From a virus (lineage: Duplodnaviria; Caudoviricetes): a stretch of 33,231 bases of DNA. The stretch spans positions 1-33,231 of the IMG/VR virus record IMGVR_UViG_3300048577_000453; one strand, given 5' to 3'. This document shows, piece by piece, positions 23,995-33,231 of the stretch; the first letter of the stretch is position 1; each line of letters begins with the position of its first letter. Under the pieces are notes generated by a model. The model made no database searches, had not been told where the DNA came from, and worked only from the letters and a program-made list of their open reading frames with translations. A program made the translations under genes and the position numbers.

Positions 23995-26900
23995 ATGCCG
24001 ACCATGGACGACGTTTTTCGGGAGGCACTGGGCACGAGGCAAGACCAGCCTGCGCCGAAGCCGGGGAGCATGGACGCAGTCTTTGCCACGAACGGCCAGA
24101 GCCCGGCGCCAAGCCGGCCCGGCCCCACGCTGCCGGCCGTGGCCAAGGCGGTCACGCTCACGCCGGACCAGGCCAAGCGCAATCAGGGCCTGGCGGCCGC
24201 GACCGGGTTGCCGGAAAAGATCGTCCAGGCCGACCCGGACCGGGCCGGGCGCTACGCCGAGGCGCAACAGCTGCGCAGGATCGAGCGCGAGGCCCCGGCC
24301 ACCGCGCGCTTCTTGAGCTCGCCCGGAAACATGGAGCTGGCCCGGGACGCGGCCGCAGCCCTGGCGGACATGGAGCGGCAGCAACAGGCTGCGCCGCGCA
24401 AACCCGAGCTGACCTTCGACCGCTTCCTGCGGGCTTCGGGGCAGTCTTTTTTGCAGGCACTCTCCGACCGGGCGGCCGGCGCCGCGCTCCAGGAGAAGGC
24501 GGAGTTTGCGGACTACGCCGACGTCCAGGCCTACCAGCGGCGCCTGGCCTCCGGACCCATGCCCGCCCTCGAGGGCGAGGCCCGGGACGCGAACACCATC
24601 TATTGGGACCTGGTGAAGGCCAACGAGGCCCGGGGCATGAGTCCGGAGGAGGCCGAAACCCGGGCGGCCAGGGAGCACAACGCCCGGTACGTCAAGCGCT
24701 TCGAGGACATCGCGGCGGCCCCTGGGCTCCAGATGGATGCGGACCTGGCGGCGGCCTCATCGGGCATCGTCGAGGACATCGCCCGCGGTTTCTCCGGCTC
24801 CCTGCCCATGATGCTGTCCTCGGCCTTCGGCGGCCTGGTCATCGGCACGGCGGACGCCTTCACCCAGATGTCCGGCGCCAAGTACAAGGAGCTGCGGGCA
24901 GGCGGCGCGGACGAAGCCACGGCGCGCAAGGGGGCCTTCCTCTCGGCCCTGGGCCAGGCCCCGCTCGAATACGCCGGCAACGTGCTCCAGTTCGGCGCCG
25001 TGGCCAAGCTCCTCAAGCGCTCCGGCGTGGCCATGCCGCTCGTCGAGGCCTTTGCCGGCAACTTCGTCGAGGAATACCTCCAGGCCTTCCCGGACGCCTT
25101 CGCGGACATCCTGGCGGCCAACCCGGAGCTGACCGCCCGGCAGCTGGCGAAAGAATTCCTCGCGGCCACTCCGGACATCGCCGCAAGCCCGGACACGCTC
25201 TACCAGGGCCTGGTCGGTGGCATCGTCGGCACGGTCGTGCCCGGCGCCGTGGCCACGGTCCAGGTTCCCTTCCGCCTCGCGGACAGCGCCCGCAACCGGG
25301 GCGTCGCCGACATCAAGCGCGCGGTCCAGGAGGCCGGGAACGCCACGGCGGCCGAGGGCGAGGCCGGCTATCTGGACAATCTTCGCCAAATGACGGCCGA
25401 GAATCCCTTGCGCGAGCGCAGCCCGGCGAAGTTCGAGCAGGCGCTGGCCATGCAGCTCGAGGAGCATCCGGACGCGCCCCGGGACATCCACATCGACGGA
25501 GCGCTCTTCCAGCAGGCGGTTACTGCGGAATCCGGAGCCTACGAGGATGTGTTGCGGCAGTTCGACATCACCCCGGACCAGGTGACCGAGGCCGTGGCCA
25601 CCGGCGGCGACGTGACCATTCCCCTGGCGCGCTATCTGTCCGTGGCCGTCGATACCCCGCTCGACGTCGCCCTGAAGGACGACATCCGCCTGCGGCCCGA
25701 GTCCATGACCCTGCGCGAGCGCGGGGAATGGCTGAAAAGCCAGGCCGAGGAAACCCGGCGCATCGTGGACGCGACCAATGCCGACCGCCAGGCCGAAGAC
25801 CGGATCGAGGTCGAGACGCGTCGGATTTACGAGACGGTCAGGACGCAGCGCGAGGCCCTGGGCCGGGCCACCCGGACCGCCGGGAGCGACGCCGCGGTCT
25901 GGTCGGCCTTCCTCGGCACCATGGCCCGGCGCGGGTATCTGGATCAGCAATTCGGCGGCTCCCCGCTCGCGGCCTTCAAGGCTGCTTGGCCCGAGCTCGC
26001 CGGGCCGCAGGGGCCGGTGGAAGCCGCCCCGAGGATGCCGGGGAATGAGCCGGCCGCGGTGGCGGAGACGGGCACCGCGCCCGCGCCTGCCACTCCGGCC
26101 CTGGTGGCGCAGAAGCGGACGCCTTCCGCTCCCGCCCCAAACGAGATAAAAACTACCCCCGAGGAGCCCGACAGCCATGGCCAACAAGTTGAATCCGCTC
26201 GTGCCCCCGCTGGGGAGCCCGGAACGAACCCGGAAATACGCGATGGAAGTGCAAGCGCTGTTGCGGATCATATACGGCAAAGGCTCAAAGAAGCCGGAGA
26301 AGACGACATCTTCGTCCGAGACGACACCGTCCTCGGAATCGCCGAACAGCTGATTGCCGAGGGCGAAAACCGGGAAGCCGTCAACCTCGCCCTCAAAGAC
26401 TGGCACCTTGCTCTGCCTGACGAGGCAAGCGAGGAACATTCCGAAGCCCTCGCCGACTACTACGCCGCGCAGCTCAAGTCTCCCCGCGAATTTCATCCCA
26501 TCCTCGAAGCCGTCTGGGGTCGCATCAGCGGCAAGAGTCTGCGCGCCGACTACCCGGGCGAGTACAAGGAGCTGACCCGCGCCTTCGGGCCATCGCTGTT
26601 CAAGGCCAACGGCCTGCCCATCGATGAGGCCAACGCCGAGCTGGTCGGCCTGGGCCTCATGCCCGAGGGCTCCACGGACTCCGACCTGGTCGAGAAACTG
26701 AAGAGCCTGGGCACCGGCTGGCGCCGGCTGAAGGACAGCGGCAGCCGGCTGTTTCAGCGGGCTTTCCACGGCACCCCTTACGACTTCGATTCGTTCAGCC
26801 TTGAGCATGTCGGAACCGGCGAAGGTGCCCAGTCCTATGGCTGGGGGCTCTACTTCGCCGGCCGGAAAGAGGTTGCAGAGTATTACCGTGGCGCACTTGC

Positions 26901-29900
26901 CGGGGAGACGAAGGTCTACAAGCTCGACGGGGAGGCAGTCACCAAGGACGACCTCGACCCCATGCAATGGCTGGCCATCAAGGCCCTGGCCGAGCCGGAG
27001 ACGTACTTCCCGGATTCTCTCTCGGACAGGCTCGAGGAACAGGGCGCCAGGCCCGAATACGTCAGCCAGGCCCGGCAGTATGTGGCCGAGTACAAGGGCC
27101 GGGTCACGTACGAGGAGAAAAAGAAGGGCCGCATCTTCGAGGCGGAAATCCCCGAAGACGACACGATGCTGGATTGGGATAAGCCTTTCGCCGCGCAGCC
27201 TCCGAAGGTCCAGAACGCCATCAAGGCCTTCCTGAAAGAGGAAGGCTACCTCCGCCCGAAGGACAACGGAAAGCGGCAGCTCGCCTCCGCTCTGCGCGCC
27301 CTCGGCCTGGAATACGGGACATTAGACTCGAACGACAGCGGCAGCACGTTCTACAGGGCGTTGGAGAAGACCCGCGGGTCACGGGAAAACGCCTCGCGGT
27401 ACTTGAACAGCCTTGGCATCAAGGGCATCCGGTATCTCGACCAGGGCAGCCGCCGACCGGGCAGGGGCTCGTACAACTACGTCATCTTCGACGACCAGGC
27501 CATCAGCATCGTCGATGCCCTCTATCAAGGCGGCCTCGGACAAGGCCCCCGGGGCGTCTTCGACCGCGCCGGGAACATCCTGGCCCTGTTCGAGACGGCC
27601 AACGAGAGCACCTTTCTGCACGAGTCCGGGCACGTCTTCCTGGAATTCACCCGCGCCCTGGCCACGGCCGAGGCGGCCGACCCGCGCCTGAAGGAAGAGT
27701 GGCAGGCGGTCAAAGCGGAGCTGGGCATCCAGGACGACGGCGAAATCGACGAGGCGGCCCACGAGAAATGGGCCAGGTCGCTCGAGGCCTACTTCCTGGA
27801 AGGCAAGGCGCCCTCGCGCCGGCTGCAAGGCGTCTTCCAGCGTTTCGCGGCCTGGCTGCGGCAGATTTACGGCAACCTGGCCAAGCTCGGCGCCAAGCCC
27901 TCGGCCAAGCTCGCCGGCCTGTTCGACCGCCTCTTCGCCACGGACCAGGAGATAGCCGAGGTCGAGGCCATGCACGAGGCGGCCAAGCCGTTCTTCTCCA
28001 CGGCCGAGCAGATGGCGCGGGAGGAGCGCGAGGCCTACGAGAAGAAGGTCCAGGCCGCGCAGGAGTCGGCCCGGGACCGGCGCCTGCGCCGCTACGTCGG
28101 GGCCTATGTCCAGGCGCTGGGCGGCAAAGAGGCCTTCCTGGCCGAGGCGAGGCGGGAGACGGAAACCCTGCCGGCCTACAAGGCCATGGACGCGGCCGCG
28201 GAGGCCGGCGGCATGAGCGCGGTCGACCTGGACGCCTACGTGGGCGAGGAGGCCCGCAAGGAGCTGGCCAGGAAGCGCGTGGGCATGGTCCGGACCAACG
28301 GCGGCGAGCCGCCGGACCAGGTCGCCAGGGACGCCGGCTTCGCCTCCGTGCCGGACATGGTCGCGGCCGTCCTCGGGGCAGAGGGCAAGACCGGGCGCAT
28401 CCGGCGCCGGGCCGAGGAGCTGCAGCAGGCGAAGGAGGCCGAAATCCGCTCCGGCCTGGACGAGGCCACCTTGCCCTCGGCCGAGGAGGACTACCATGCC
28501 GACGAGCGTCTGGCCGTGCTGGCCGCGGAATTCGAGATGCTGCGCGCGGCCCGGCGACGCAAGGCCGGGCTGACCCAGGCCCGGGCGCGGCGCATGGAGG
28601 GCGACGCGGTGCGCGAGGTCGCCCGGCAGGTGCTGGCCGGCAAGAGCGTGAGCGATGCCCGCCGGGCGGACCGCTTCTCACAGGCCGAGATTCGGGCCGG
28701 CAAGCTCGCCCGCCAGGCCCGGGACGCGGGCAGCCTCGAGAAAGCCATGGAGTTCAAGCGCCGCGAGATGCTGAACCACGCGCTCGTGCTCGAGTCCATG
28801 CGCGTGCGCGAGGAGATCGACGCCGGGGTGCGCAAGGTCCGTCAGGCCCTGGCCTCCAAGGTCATGTACCAGGAGGCGCGCGACCTCATCCGCGACATCG
28901 GCGTGCGCTTCGGCTTTGCGCCCCGGCCGCCGGGCATGTCGCACGAGGACTTCGTCCGGGCCTACAACGCGTACAGCGCCCAGGCCGACGCCCAGGGCAC
29001 CCCGCGCCGGGCCATCGACTTTGGGGCCTGGGAACGGCTCTCGGGCGAGAAAGGCTACAGCGTGGCCCTGCCGGACCTGGTCACGGACCGCTCGAACGCC
29101 CAGCAGTTCGGGGACCTGTCCGTGCAGAACTTCCGGGACGTGCTTACGGCCATCGACCAGATCGCCGCCGTGGACCGCCAGGAGCGTTTCGTCAAATCCG
29201 AGGGTCAGTACCGGCGCCGCGAGGAGGTGGTGCGGGAGCTGACCGCCCAACTGGCCGCGACCTTCGCCCCAGGCAAACCGGGCGGCCGGCACGAGCGGGC
29301 CTCGAGCAAGATCCACAAGGTCCTCTCGGCACTCAAGGGCGCGGACGCCAGCATGGTCAAGATGGAGGTGCTTTTCCGGGCCATCGACGGCAATGAGCTC
29401 GGGCCGTGGTTCCGGCACCTGTTCCTGCCCACGGCGCAGTCCGAGGAAGCCGAGGGCGAGCGCTGCACCGAGGCAAGCGCGGCCCTGGCCGGGCTCATGG
29501 CGCGGCACTATTCGCCGGCCGAGCGCGCGGCGATGTTTCGCAAGCGGGTCCTGGTCCCGGAGTGCGGCGAGTCCTTCACCCGCGCGCAGCTGCTGCGTCT
29601 GGCGCTCGACATGGGCAACCGGGGCAACTACTCGCGCCGGCGCGACGGCACCGCCATGCCGGACGGCGCGCCCTGGACGGACGCCCAGATGGAGGCGGTG
29701 AAGACCCGGCTGGACAAGCGCGATTGGGATTTCGTGCAATCCGTCTGGAACTACATCGACACCTTCCGCAAGGAGGCCTTCGCCCTGGAGCGGGAGATGA
29801 CCGGCCGCGAGCCCGAGCGGGTCATGCCCGAGCCGGTGGAGACGCCGCATGGCACCTATGCCGGCGGCTACTTCCCGGTGGTCATCGACCCGTCCGAGTC

Positions 29901-31251
29901 CGACATCCAGGCCGAGCGGAGCGAGGTCGAGCAGGCGCTGCTCTACGGCACCAAGAAGTACTCCCAGGTCATGACCAAACACGGCTACCTGAAGGAGCGC
30001 AAGGCCACGGCCGGCGGGCAGCCGCTGTCCGTGGAGCTGAGCGATGTCACCCGGCACGTCTTCGGCGTCATCCACGACCTCAGCCACCGCGAGCGCCTGG
30101 TCAACGTGGGCAAAATCCTGCGCGACAGGGAGTTCAAGGCCGCGGCAAGCCGGCACCTCGGCAAGGAGCTGGCCGACCAGCTCCTGCCCTGGGCCAAGGA
30201 CATCGCCAACCTGCCGTACGAGCCCCACGCCTGGCCGGAGCGGGTCTTCCGCTCGCTGCGCATCGGCACCACCGTCGTGTCCCTGGGCAAGATCGGCGTC
30301 GGCCTCCAGCAGGCGGCCGGGCTCACGCAGTCGGTGGCCGTGCTCAAGGGCCAGTCCTGGCGGCTGCTCAAGCGCCTGCCGGGCTATTTCACGGTCAAGC
30401 CGTTTCTCGACGACCTGCGCCGGGCGAACGACAGCTCGGCCTTCATGCGCACCCGGATCACGCACGCGACCCGCGAGGCGAACGAGACCTTCCGGGGCGT
30501 GAGCCTGGGCGGCAAGCTCCTGCGCAAACCGGGCGAGTGGATGTTCAAGTTCATCGGGGTGACGCAGAAGATGACCGTGGACGTGCTCACCTGGAGCGCG
30601 GCCTACGACGCCGGGCTCGCACGCGACCAGGACCACGCCCGGGCCGTGCAGTACGCGGACCACGTCGTGCGCGTGAGCCAGGGCGGCGGCGGCCTGAAGG
30701 ACCTGTCGGCGCTCCAGCGCAGCAAGAGCGAGTTCGTGAAGGCCACGACCATGTTCTATTCCTTCCTGTCCACGGCCTACAACCTGATGGCCAAGCCCTT
30801 GCGCGGCCGGCGGATCGACTTCGCCGAGTTCGCGCTGACCACGACCATGCTGGCGCTCCTCGGCCCGAGCCTGGCCGAGCTGCTGTCCGGCCGTCCACCC
30901 GCGGATGACGAGGAATGGGAGAAGTGGGGGGGCCTGAACACTCTGCGCTTCGGCTTCGGCATGCTGCCCTTCGTCCGCGACGTGGCCTCCCCGGTGGTCT
31001 CCGAGTTCGGCGGCTACAAGCTGACGCCCGTGGAGGGCACCATCGCCTCGGCCACGCGCCTCTTGTCCCTGGCCAGCAAGGACGAGCTGCTCACGGAAAA
31101 GGCCGTCAGTCCGGCGCTCACCCTCACCGGCGCCTGCCTCAAGCTTCCGACCAGACAACTCGAGATCACCGCCCGCGGGGCCTACGACCTGCTCACCGGC
31201 GACCCGGACTTCGAGCCCCGGGACCTCATTCTCAAGCGTAGCGAGAACTAG
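23995..31251 (+). CDS. Giant ejection protein D (gp16-like polyvalent protein) with ART-like and HExxH-like domains
   Basis: 2418 aa; AFHGTPYDFDSF...GTGEGAQSYGWGLYFA at 26761; STFLHESGH at 27619; GGYFPV; hydrophobic C-terminal region. Confidence 0.8.
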   Translation: MPTMDDVFREALGTRQDQPAPKPGSMDAVFATNGQSPAPSRPGPTLPAVAKAVTLTPDQAKRNQGLAAATGLPEKIVQADPDRAGRYAEAQQLRRIEREAPATARFLSSPGNMELARDAAAALADMERQQQAAPRKPELTFDRFLRASGQSFLQALSDRAAGAALQEKAEFADYADVQAYQRRLASGPMPALEGEARDANTIYWDLVKANEARGMSPEEAETRAAREHNARYVKRFEDIAAAPGLQMDADLAAASSGIVEDIARGFSGSLPMMLSSAFGGLVIGTADAFTQMSGAKYKELRAGGADEATARKGAFLSALGQAPLEYAGNVLQFGAVAKLLKRSGVAMPLVEAFAGNFVEEYLQAFPDAFADILAANPELTARQLAKEFLAATPDIAASPDTLYQGLVGGIVGTVVPGAVATVQVPFRLADSARNRGVADIKRAVQEAGNATAAEGEAGYLDNLRQMTAENPLRERSPAKFEQALAMQLEEHPDAPRDIHIDGALFQQAVTAESGAYEDVLRQFDITPDQVTEAVATGGDVTIPLARYLSVAVDTPLDVALKDDIRLRPESMTLRERGEWLKSQAEETRRIVDATNADRQAEDRIEVETRRIYETVRTQREALGRATRTAGSDAAVWSAFLGTMARRGYLDQQFGGSPLAAFKAAWPELAGPQGPVEAAPRMPGNEPAAVAETGTAPAPATPALVAQKRTPSAPAPNEIKTTPEEPDSHGQQVESARAPAGEPGTNPEIRDGSASAVADHIRQRLKEAGEDDIFVRDDTVLGIAEQLIAEGENREAVNLALKDWHLALPDEASEEHSEALADYYAAQLKSPREFHPILEAVWGRISGKSLRADYPGEYKELTRAFGPSLFKANGLPIDEANAELVGLGLMPEGSTDSDLVEKLKSLGTGWRRLKDSGSRLFQRAFHGTPYDFDSFSLEHVGTGEGAQSYGWGLYFAGRKEVAEYYRGALAGETKVYKLDGEAVTKDDLDPMQWLAIKALAEPETYFPDSLSDRLEEQGARPEYVSQARQYVAEYKGRVTYEEKKKGRIFEAEIPEDDTMLDWDKPFAAQPPKVQNAIKAFLKEEGYLRPKDNGKRQLASALRALGLEYGTLDSNDSGSTFYRALEKTRGSRENASRYLNSLGIKGIRYLDQGSRRPGRGSYNYVIFDDQAISIVDALYQGGLGQGPRGVFDRAGNILALFETANESTFLHESGHVFLEFTRALATAEAADPRLKEEWQAVKAELGIQDDGEIDEAAHEKWARSLEAYFLEGKAPSRRLQGVFQRFAAWLRQIYGNLAKLGAKPSAKLAGLFDRLFATDQEIAEVEAMHEAAKPFFSTAEQMAREEREAYEKKVQAAQESARDRRLRRYVGAYVQALGGKEAFLAEARRETETLPAYKAMDAAAEAGGMSAVDLDAYVGEEARKELARKRVGMVRTNGGEPPDQVARDAGFASVPDMVAAVLGAEGKTGRIRRRAEELQQAKEAEIRSGLDEATLPSAEEDYHADERLAVLAAEFEMLRAARRRKAGLTQARARRMEGDAVREVARQVLAGKSVSDARRADRFSQAEIRAGKLARQARDAGSLEKAMEFKRREMLNHALVLESMRVREEIDAGVRKVRQALASKVMYQEARDLIRDIGVRFGFAPRPPGMSHEDFVRAYNAYSAQADAQGTPRRAIDFGAWERLSGEKGYSVALPDLVTDRSNAQQFGDLSVQNFRDVLTAIDQIAAVDRQERFVKSEGQYRRREEVVRELTAQLAATFAPGKPGGRHERASSKIHKVLSALKGADASMVKMEVLFRAIDGNELGPWFRHLFLPTAQSEEAEGERCTEASAALAGLMARHYSPAERAAMFRKRVLVPECGESFTRAQLLRLALDMGNRGNYSRRRDGTAMPDGAPWTDAQMEAVKTRLDKRDWDFVQSVWNYIDTFRKEAFALEREMTGREPERVMPEPVETPHGTYAGGYFPVVIDPSESDIQAERSEVEQALLYGTKKYSQVMTKHGYLKERKATAGGQPLSVELSDVTRHVFGVIHDLSHRERLVNVGKILRDREFKAAASRHLGKELADQLLPWAKDIANLPYEPHAWPERVFRSLRIGTTVVSLGKIGVGLQQAAGLTQSVAVLKGQSWRLLKRLPGYFTVKPFLDDLRRANDSSAFMRTRITHATREANETFRGVSLGGKLLRKPGEWMFKFIGVTQKMTVDVLTWSAAYDAGLARDQDHARAVQYADHVVRVSQGGGGLKDLSALQRSKSEFVKATTMFYSFLSTAYNLMAKPLRGRRIDFAEFALTTTMLALLGPSLAELLSGRPPADDEEWEKWGGLNTLRFGFGMLPFVRDVASPVVSEFGGYKLTPVEGTIASATRLLSLASKDELLTEKAVSPALTLTGACLKLPTRQLEITARGAYDLLTGDPDFEPRDLILKRSEN
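26177..26353 (+). CDS. Putative overprinted 58-aa protein in the +1 frame of the giant ejection gene
   Basis: GAGGAG at 26161-26166, ATG 26177, TGA 26351-26353. Third-position G/C bias shifts to this frame over roughly the first 40 codons. Confidence 0.45.
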   Translation: MANKLNPLVPPLGSPERTRKYAMEVQALLRIIYGKGSKKPEKTTSSSETTPSSESPNS

Positions 31252-31259
31252 GAGACGTC

Positions 31260-32849
31260 ATGTCCATTTCCACCACGATCAACAAGGTTCAATACGCGGG
31301 AAACGGCGTGGCCACTGAATTCACGGTCAGCTTCCTCTTCAACGACGAGGAGGACCTGGAGGTCACCCTGACCGGCACGGACGGCGCCGAAACCACCCTG
31401 ACCCTGGGGACCGATTACACCGTGTCCGGGGCGGGGAAGAGCGCCGGCACCGTCGCCTATCCCGTGTCCGGCGATCCGCTGGCCAGCGGCCAGACGCTGA
31501 CCATCCGGCGGGTCATGCCGTTGGTCCAGGCCCTGGAGCTGGTCCAGGGCGGCGGCTACAGCAGCGCGGTCATCGAGGCGCAGTTCGACAAGCTGATCAT
31601 GATCGCCCAGCAGCACCAGGAGGAGATCGACCGCAAGGTCGGCGTGGCCGTGTCGGAGGATTCGCCCGAGGACTACCTGGGCAAGTGCCGGGAGGCCCGG
31701 ACGGAGGCCGCGGCCAGCGCGGACGAGGCGGCCGAAAGCGCCACGGCGGCGGCCGCGTCGGCGACCACCTCCGCGACGCAGGCCAAGCAGGCCACGGCCT
31801 CGGCCACCTCGGCGGCGTCCTCGGCCAACTACGCCTCGGGCTATGCCGACAACTGCTCGGCCTGGTCGAGCAATGCCTCGGCCAAGGCGACGGCAGCCGC
31901 TGCCTCGGCCACCAGCGCGGCCGCGAGCAAAACCGGTGCCGCCGACAGCGCCACCGCTGCCGCTGCTTCCGCCGCCGATGCGGCCACGAGCGAGACGAAC
32001 GCGGCGGCCTCCGAGAGTGCGGCCGCGGCCAGCGCGACCGGCGCGGCGAGTTCCGCGACCTCCGCCGCAAGCTCCGCCTCGACCGCGGCAACGAAGGCCA
32101 CGGCGGCCGCAAACTCGGCCACGTCCGCCTCGTCCTCGGCCAACTACGCTTCCGGATACGCGGACAACTGCTCGACCTGGGCAAGCTCGGCGTCCACCAG
32201 CGCGAGCGCGGCAGCCGATTCTGCCACGGCCGCCGAGAGCTCGGCCACCACGGCCACCACAAAGGCCACGGCCGCCGCGACCAGCGCAAGCACGGCCACC
32301 ACGAAGGCCTCAGCAGCCGCAGCCTCGGCCACGACGGCTACGTCCATGGCCAACACGGCTTCGAGTTACGCCGACAACTGTTCCACCTGGGCCAGCAACG
32401 CCGAGACTTCGGCCACCGATGCGGCAACCTCGGCGGCAGAGGCCGCCGCCAGTGCCGCCGCAGCCGCGGCTTCGGCCGAGGAGGCTGACCCTCCGCAGAT
32501 GATCGCCTTTCGGGCAACCCGGGCCTACAACGCCGAAAGCGGCGACGTGACCTATACCGGCGTCGGCTTCCAGCCCGACATCGTCATGTGCGTCGCCGGC
32601 AACACGACGAGCGCCAGCACCGGCATCTGGGAGAACGGCGGATACGAAGACTGCGTCTACGATGATTCATCCCGCGCGACGACCCACAGCGTCCTCTTTC
32701 TCGTGCTCAGCGGCCTGAACGCCTACAACCAATCCGCGGCCATCGTCAGCGTCACATCCGACGGCTTCACCATAACCTGGACGCGGGCCACGGGCAGCGG
32801 CACCGGCACGGGCCAGCTTTACCTGCACTTCCTGTGCATCAAAAAGTGA
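31260..32849 (+). CDS. Tail fibre: T7 gp17-like N-terminal adaptor, Ala/Ser/Thr coiled-coil shaft, small C-terminal head
   Basis: YAGNGVATEF...DLEV...LGTDYTV...LTIRR...IEAQFDKLIMIAQQ; long A/S/T repeat; C-terminal TGVGFQPD...SDGFTITW. Confidence 0.85.
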   Translation: MSISTTINKVQYAGNGVATEFTVSFLFNDEEDLEVTLTGTDGAETTLTLGTDYTVSGAGKSAGTVAYPVSGDPLASGQTLTIRRVMPLVQALELVQGGGYSSAVIEAQFDKLIMIAQQHQEEIDRKVGVAVSEDSPEDYLGKCREARTEAAASADEAAESATAAAASATTSATQAKQATASATSAASSANYASGYADNCSAWSSNASAKATAAAASATSAAASKTGAADSATAAAASAADAATSETNAAASESAAAASATGAASSATSAASSASTAATKATAAANSATSASSSANYASGYADNCSTWASSASTSASAAADSATAAESSATTATTKATAAATSASTATTKASAAAASATTATSMANTASSYADNCSTWASNAETSATDAATSAAEAAASAAAAAASAEEADPPQMIAFRATRAYNAESGDVTYTGVGFQPDIVMCVAGNTTSASTGIWENGGYEDCVYDDSSRATTHSVLFLVLSGLNAYNQSAAIVSVTSDGFTITWTRATGSGTGTGQLYLHFLCIKK

Positions 32850-32859
32850 GGATGAAGCG

Positions 32860-33231
32860 ATGTACGCCTGCATCAACACCACCACCGGCCGCCTGGTCTG
32901 TTCCCAAAGCCTGAAGCCCGCCGACGGCGCCCTCATCGCCCAGGCCCTGGTCGAGTTCCCGGACACGACCGAAGCCGACTACGAGGTCAAGGAGATCACG
33001 GATGAGGAGTTCGAAACCTACCTCACCCCGACTGCTGAGCAGACCGCGGCCACTGTGCGAGCCCAGCGCAACGCCCTCCTGACCGCCTGCGACTGGACGC
33101 AGCTATCGGACTCGCCCCTGAGCGACAAGACGAAAGCCCTCTGGGCGACCTACAGGCAGGAGTTAAGGGACGTGCCGGAGCAGGACGGGTTTCCGGATGA
33201 GGTGACGTGGCCGGAGGAGCCGGAGGAGTAG
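32860..33231 (+). CDS. Phage tail fibre assembly chaperone
   Basis: RAQRNALLTACDWTQLSDSPL...WATYRQELRDVPEQDGFP...WPEEP. Confidence 0.85.
   Translation: MYACINTTTGRLVCSQSLKPADGALIAQALVEFPDTTEADYEVKEITDEEFETYLTPTAEQTAATVRAQRNALLTACDWTQLSDSPLSDKTKALWATYRQELRDVPEQDGFPDEVTWPEEPEE

Noticed and set aside
10784-30908. Long Arg/Gly/Pro-rich alternative plus-frame ORFs (e.g. 21909..23453, 24603..26048, 27699..29396, 29406..30908, and the 5' parts of 10784..11947 and 14800..16173)
   Set aside because: Off-frame artefacts of high GC. Only the 3' ends at 11633 and 15865 have an RBS and protein-like sequence.
31260-33231. Diversity-generating retroelement as in BPP-1
   Set aside because: No reverse transcriptase or TR/VR pair is visible. 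The tail-fibre repeats differ at synonymous sites rather than only at adenines. Sequence beyond the window cannot be assessed.

Overview
The window is a contiguous, entirely plus-strand segment of a GC-rich tailed phage, probably temperate or a prophage; no integrase or att site lies inside it. Order: (i) a lambdoid-type replication module with an initiator carrying an internal 11-bp-phased GCATGC iteron array, a P/G39P-like partner and a PD-(D/E)XK nuclease; (ii) a GH108 muramidase and a small HTH protein; (iii) a ~7 kb accessory cassette of a secreted TSP3-repeat protein, a 1887-aa signal-peptide-bearing SpvB/FG-GAP/YD-RHS (TcB-TcC-like) polymorphic toxin with an AT-rich unrecognised C-terminal domain, and a small membrane immunity candidate; (iv) a structured leader followed by holin-like, lipoprotein and permuted papain-like genes; (v) a BPP-1/epsilon15-like podovirus morphogenesis operon (TerS, TerL, portal, scaffold, capsid, cement, tail tubes A/B, ejection proteins including a 2418-aa polyvalent protein, tail fibre, chaperone). 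The most notable items are the phage-borne RHS toxin-immunity cassette splitting the lysis module, an apparently overprinted 58-aa gene in the giant ejection protein upstream of an ART-like domain, and an RBS-sequestering leader. All family calls come from motif recognition by eye, not database searches.
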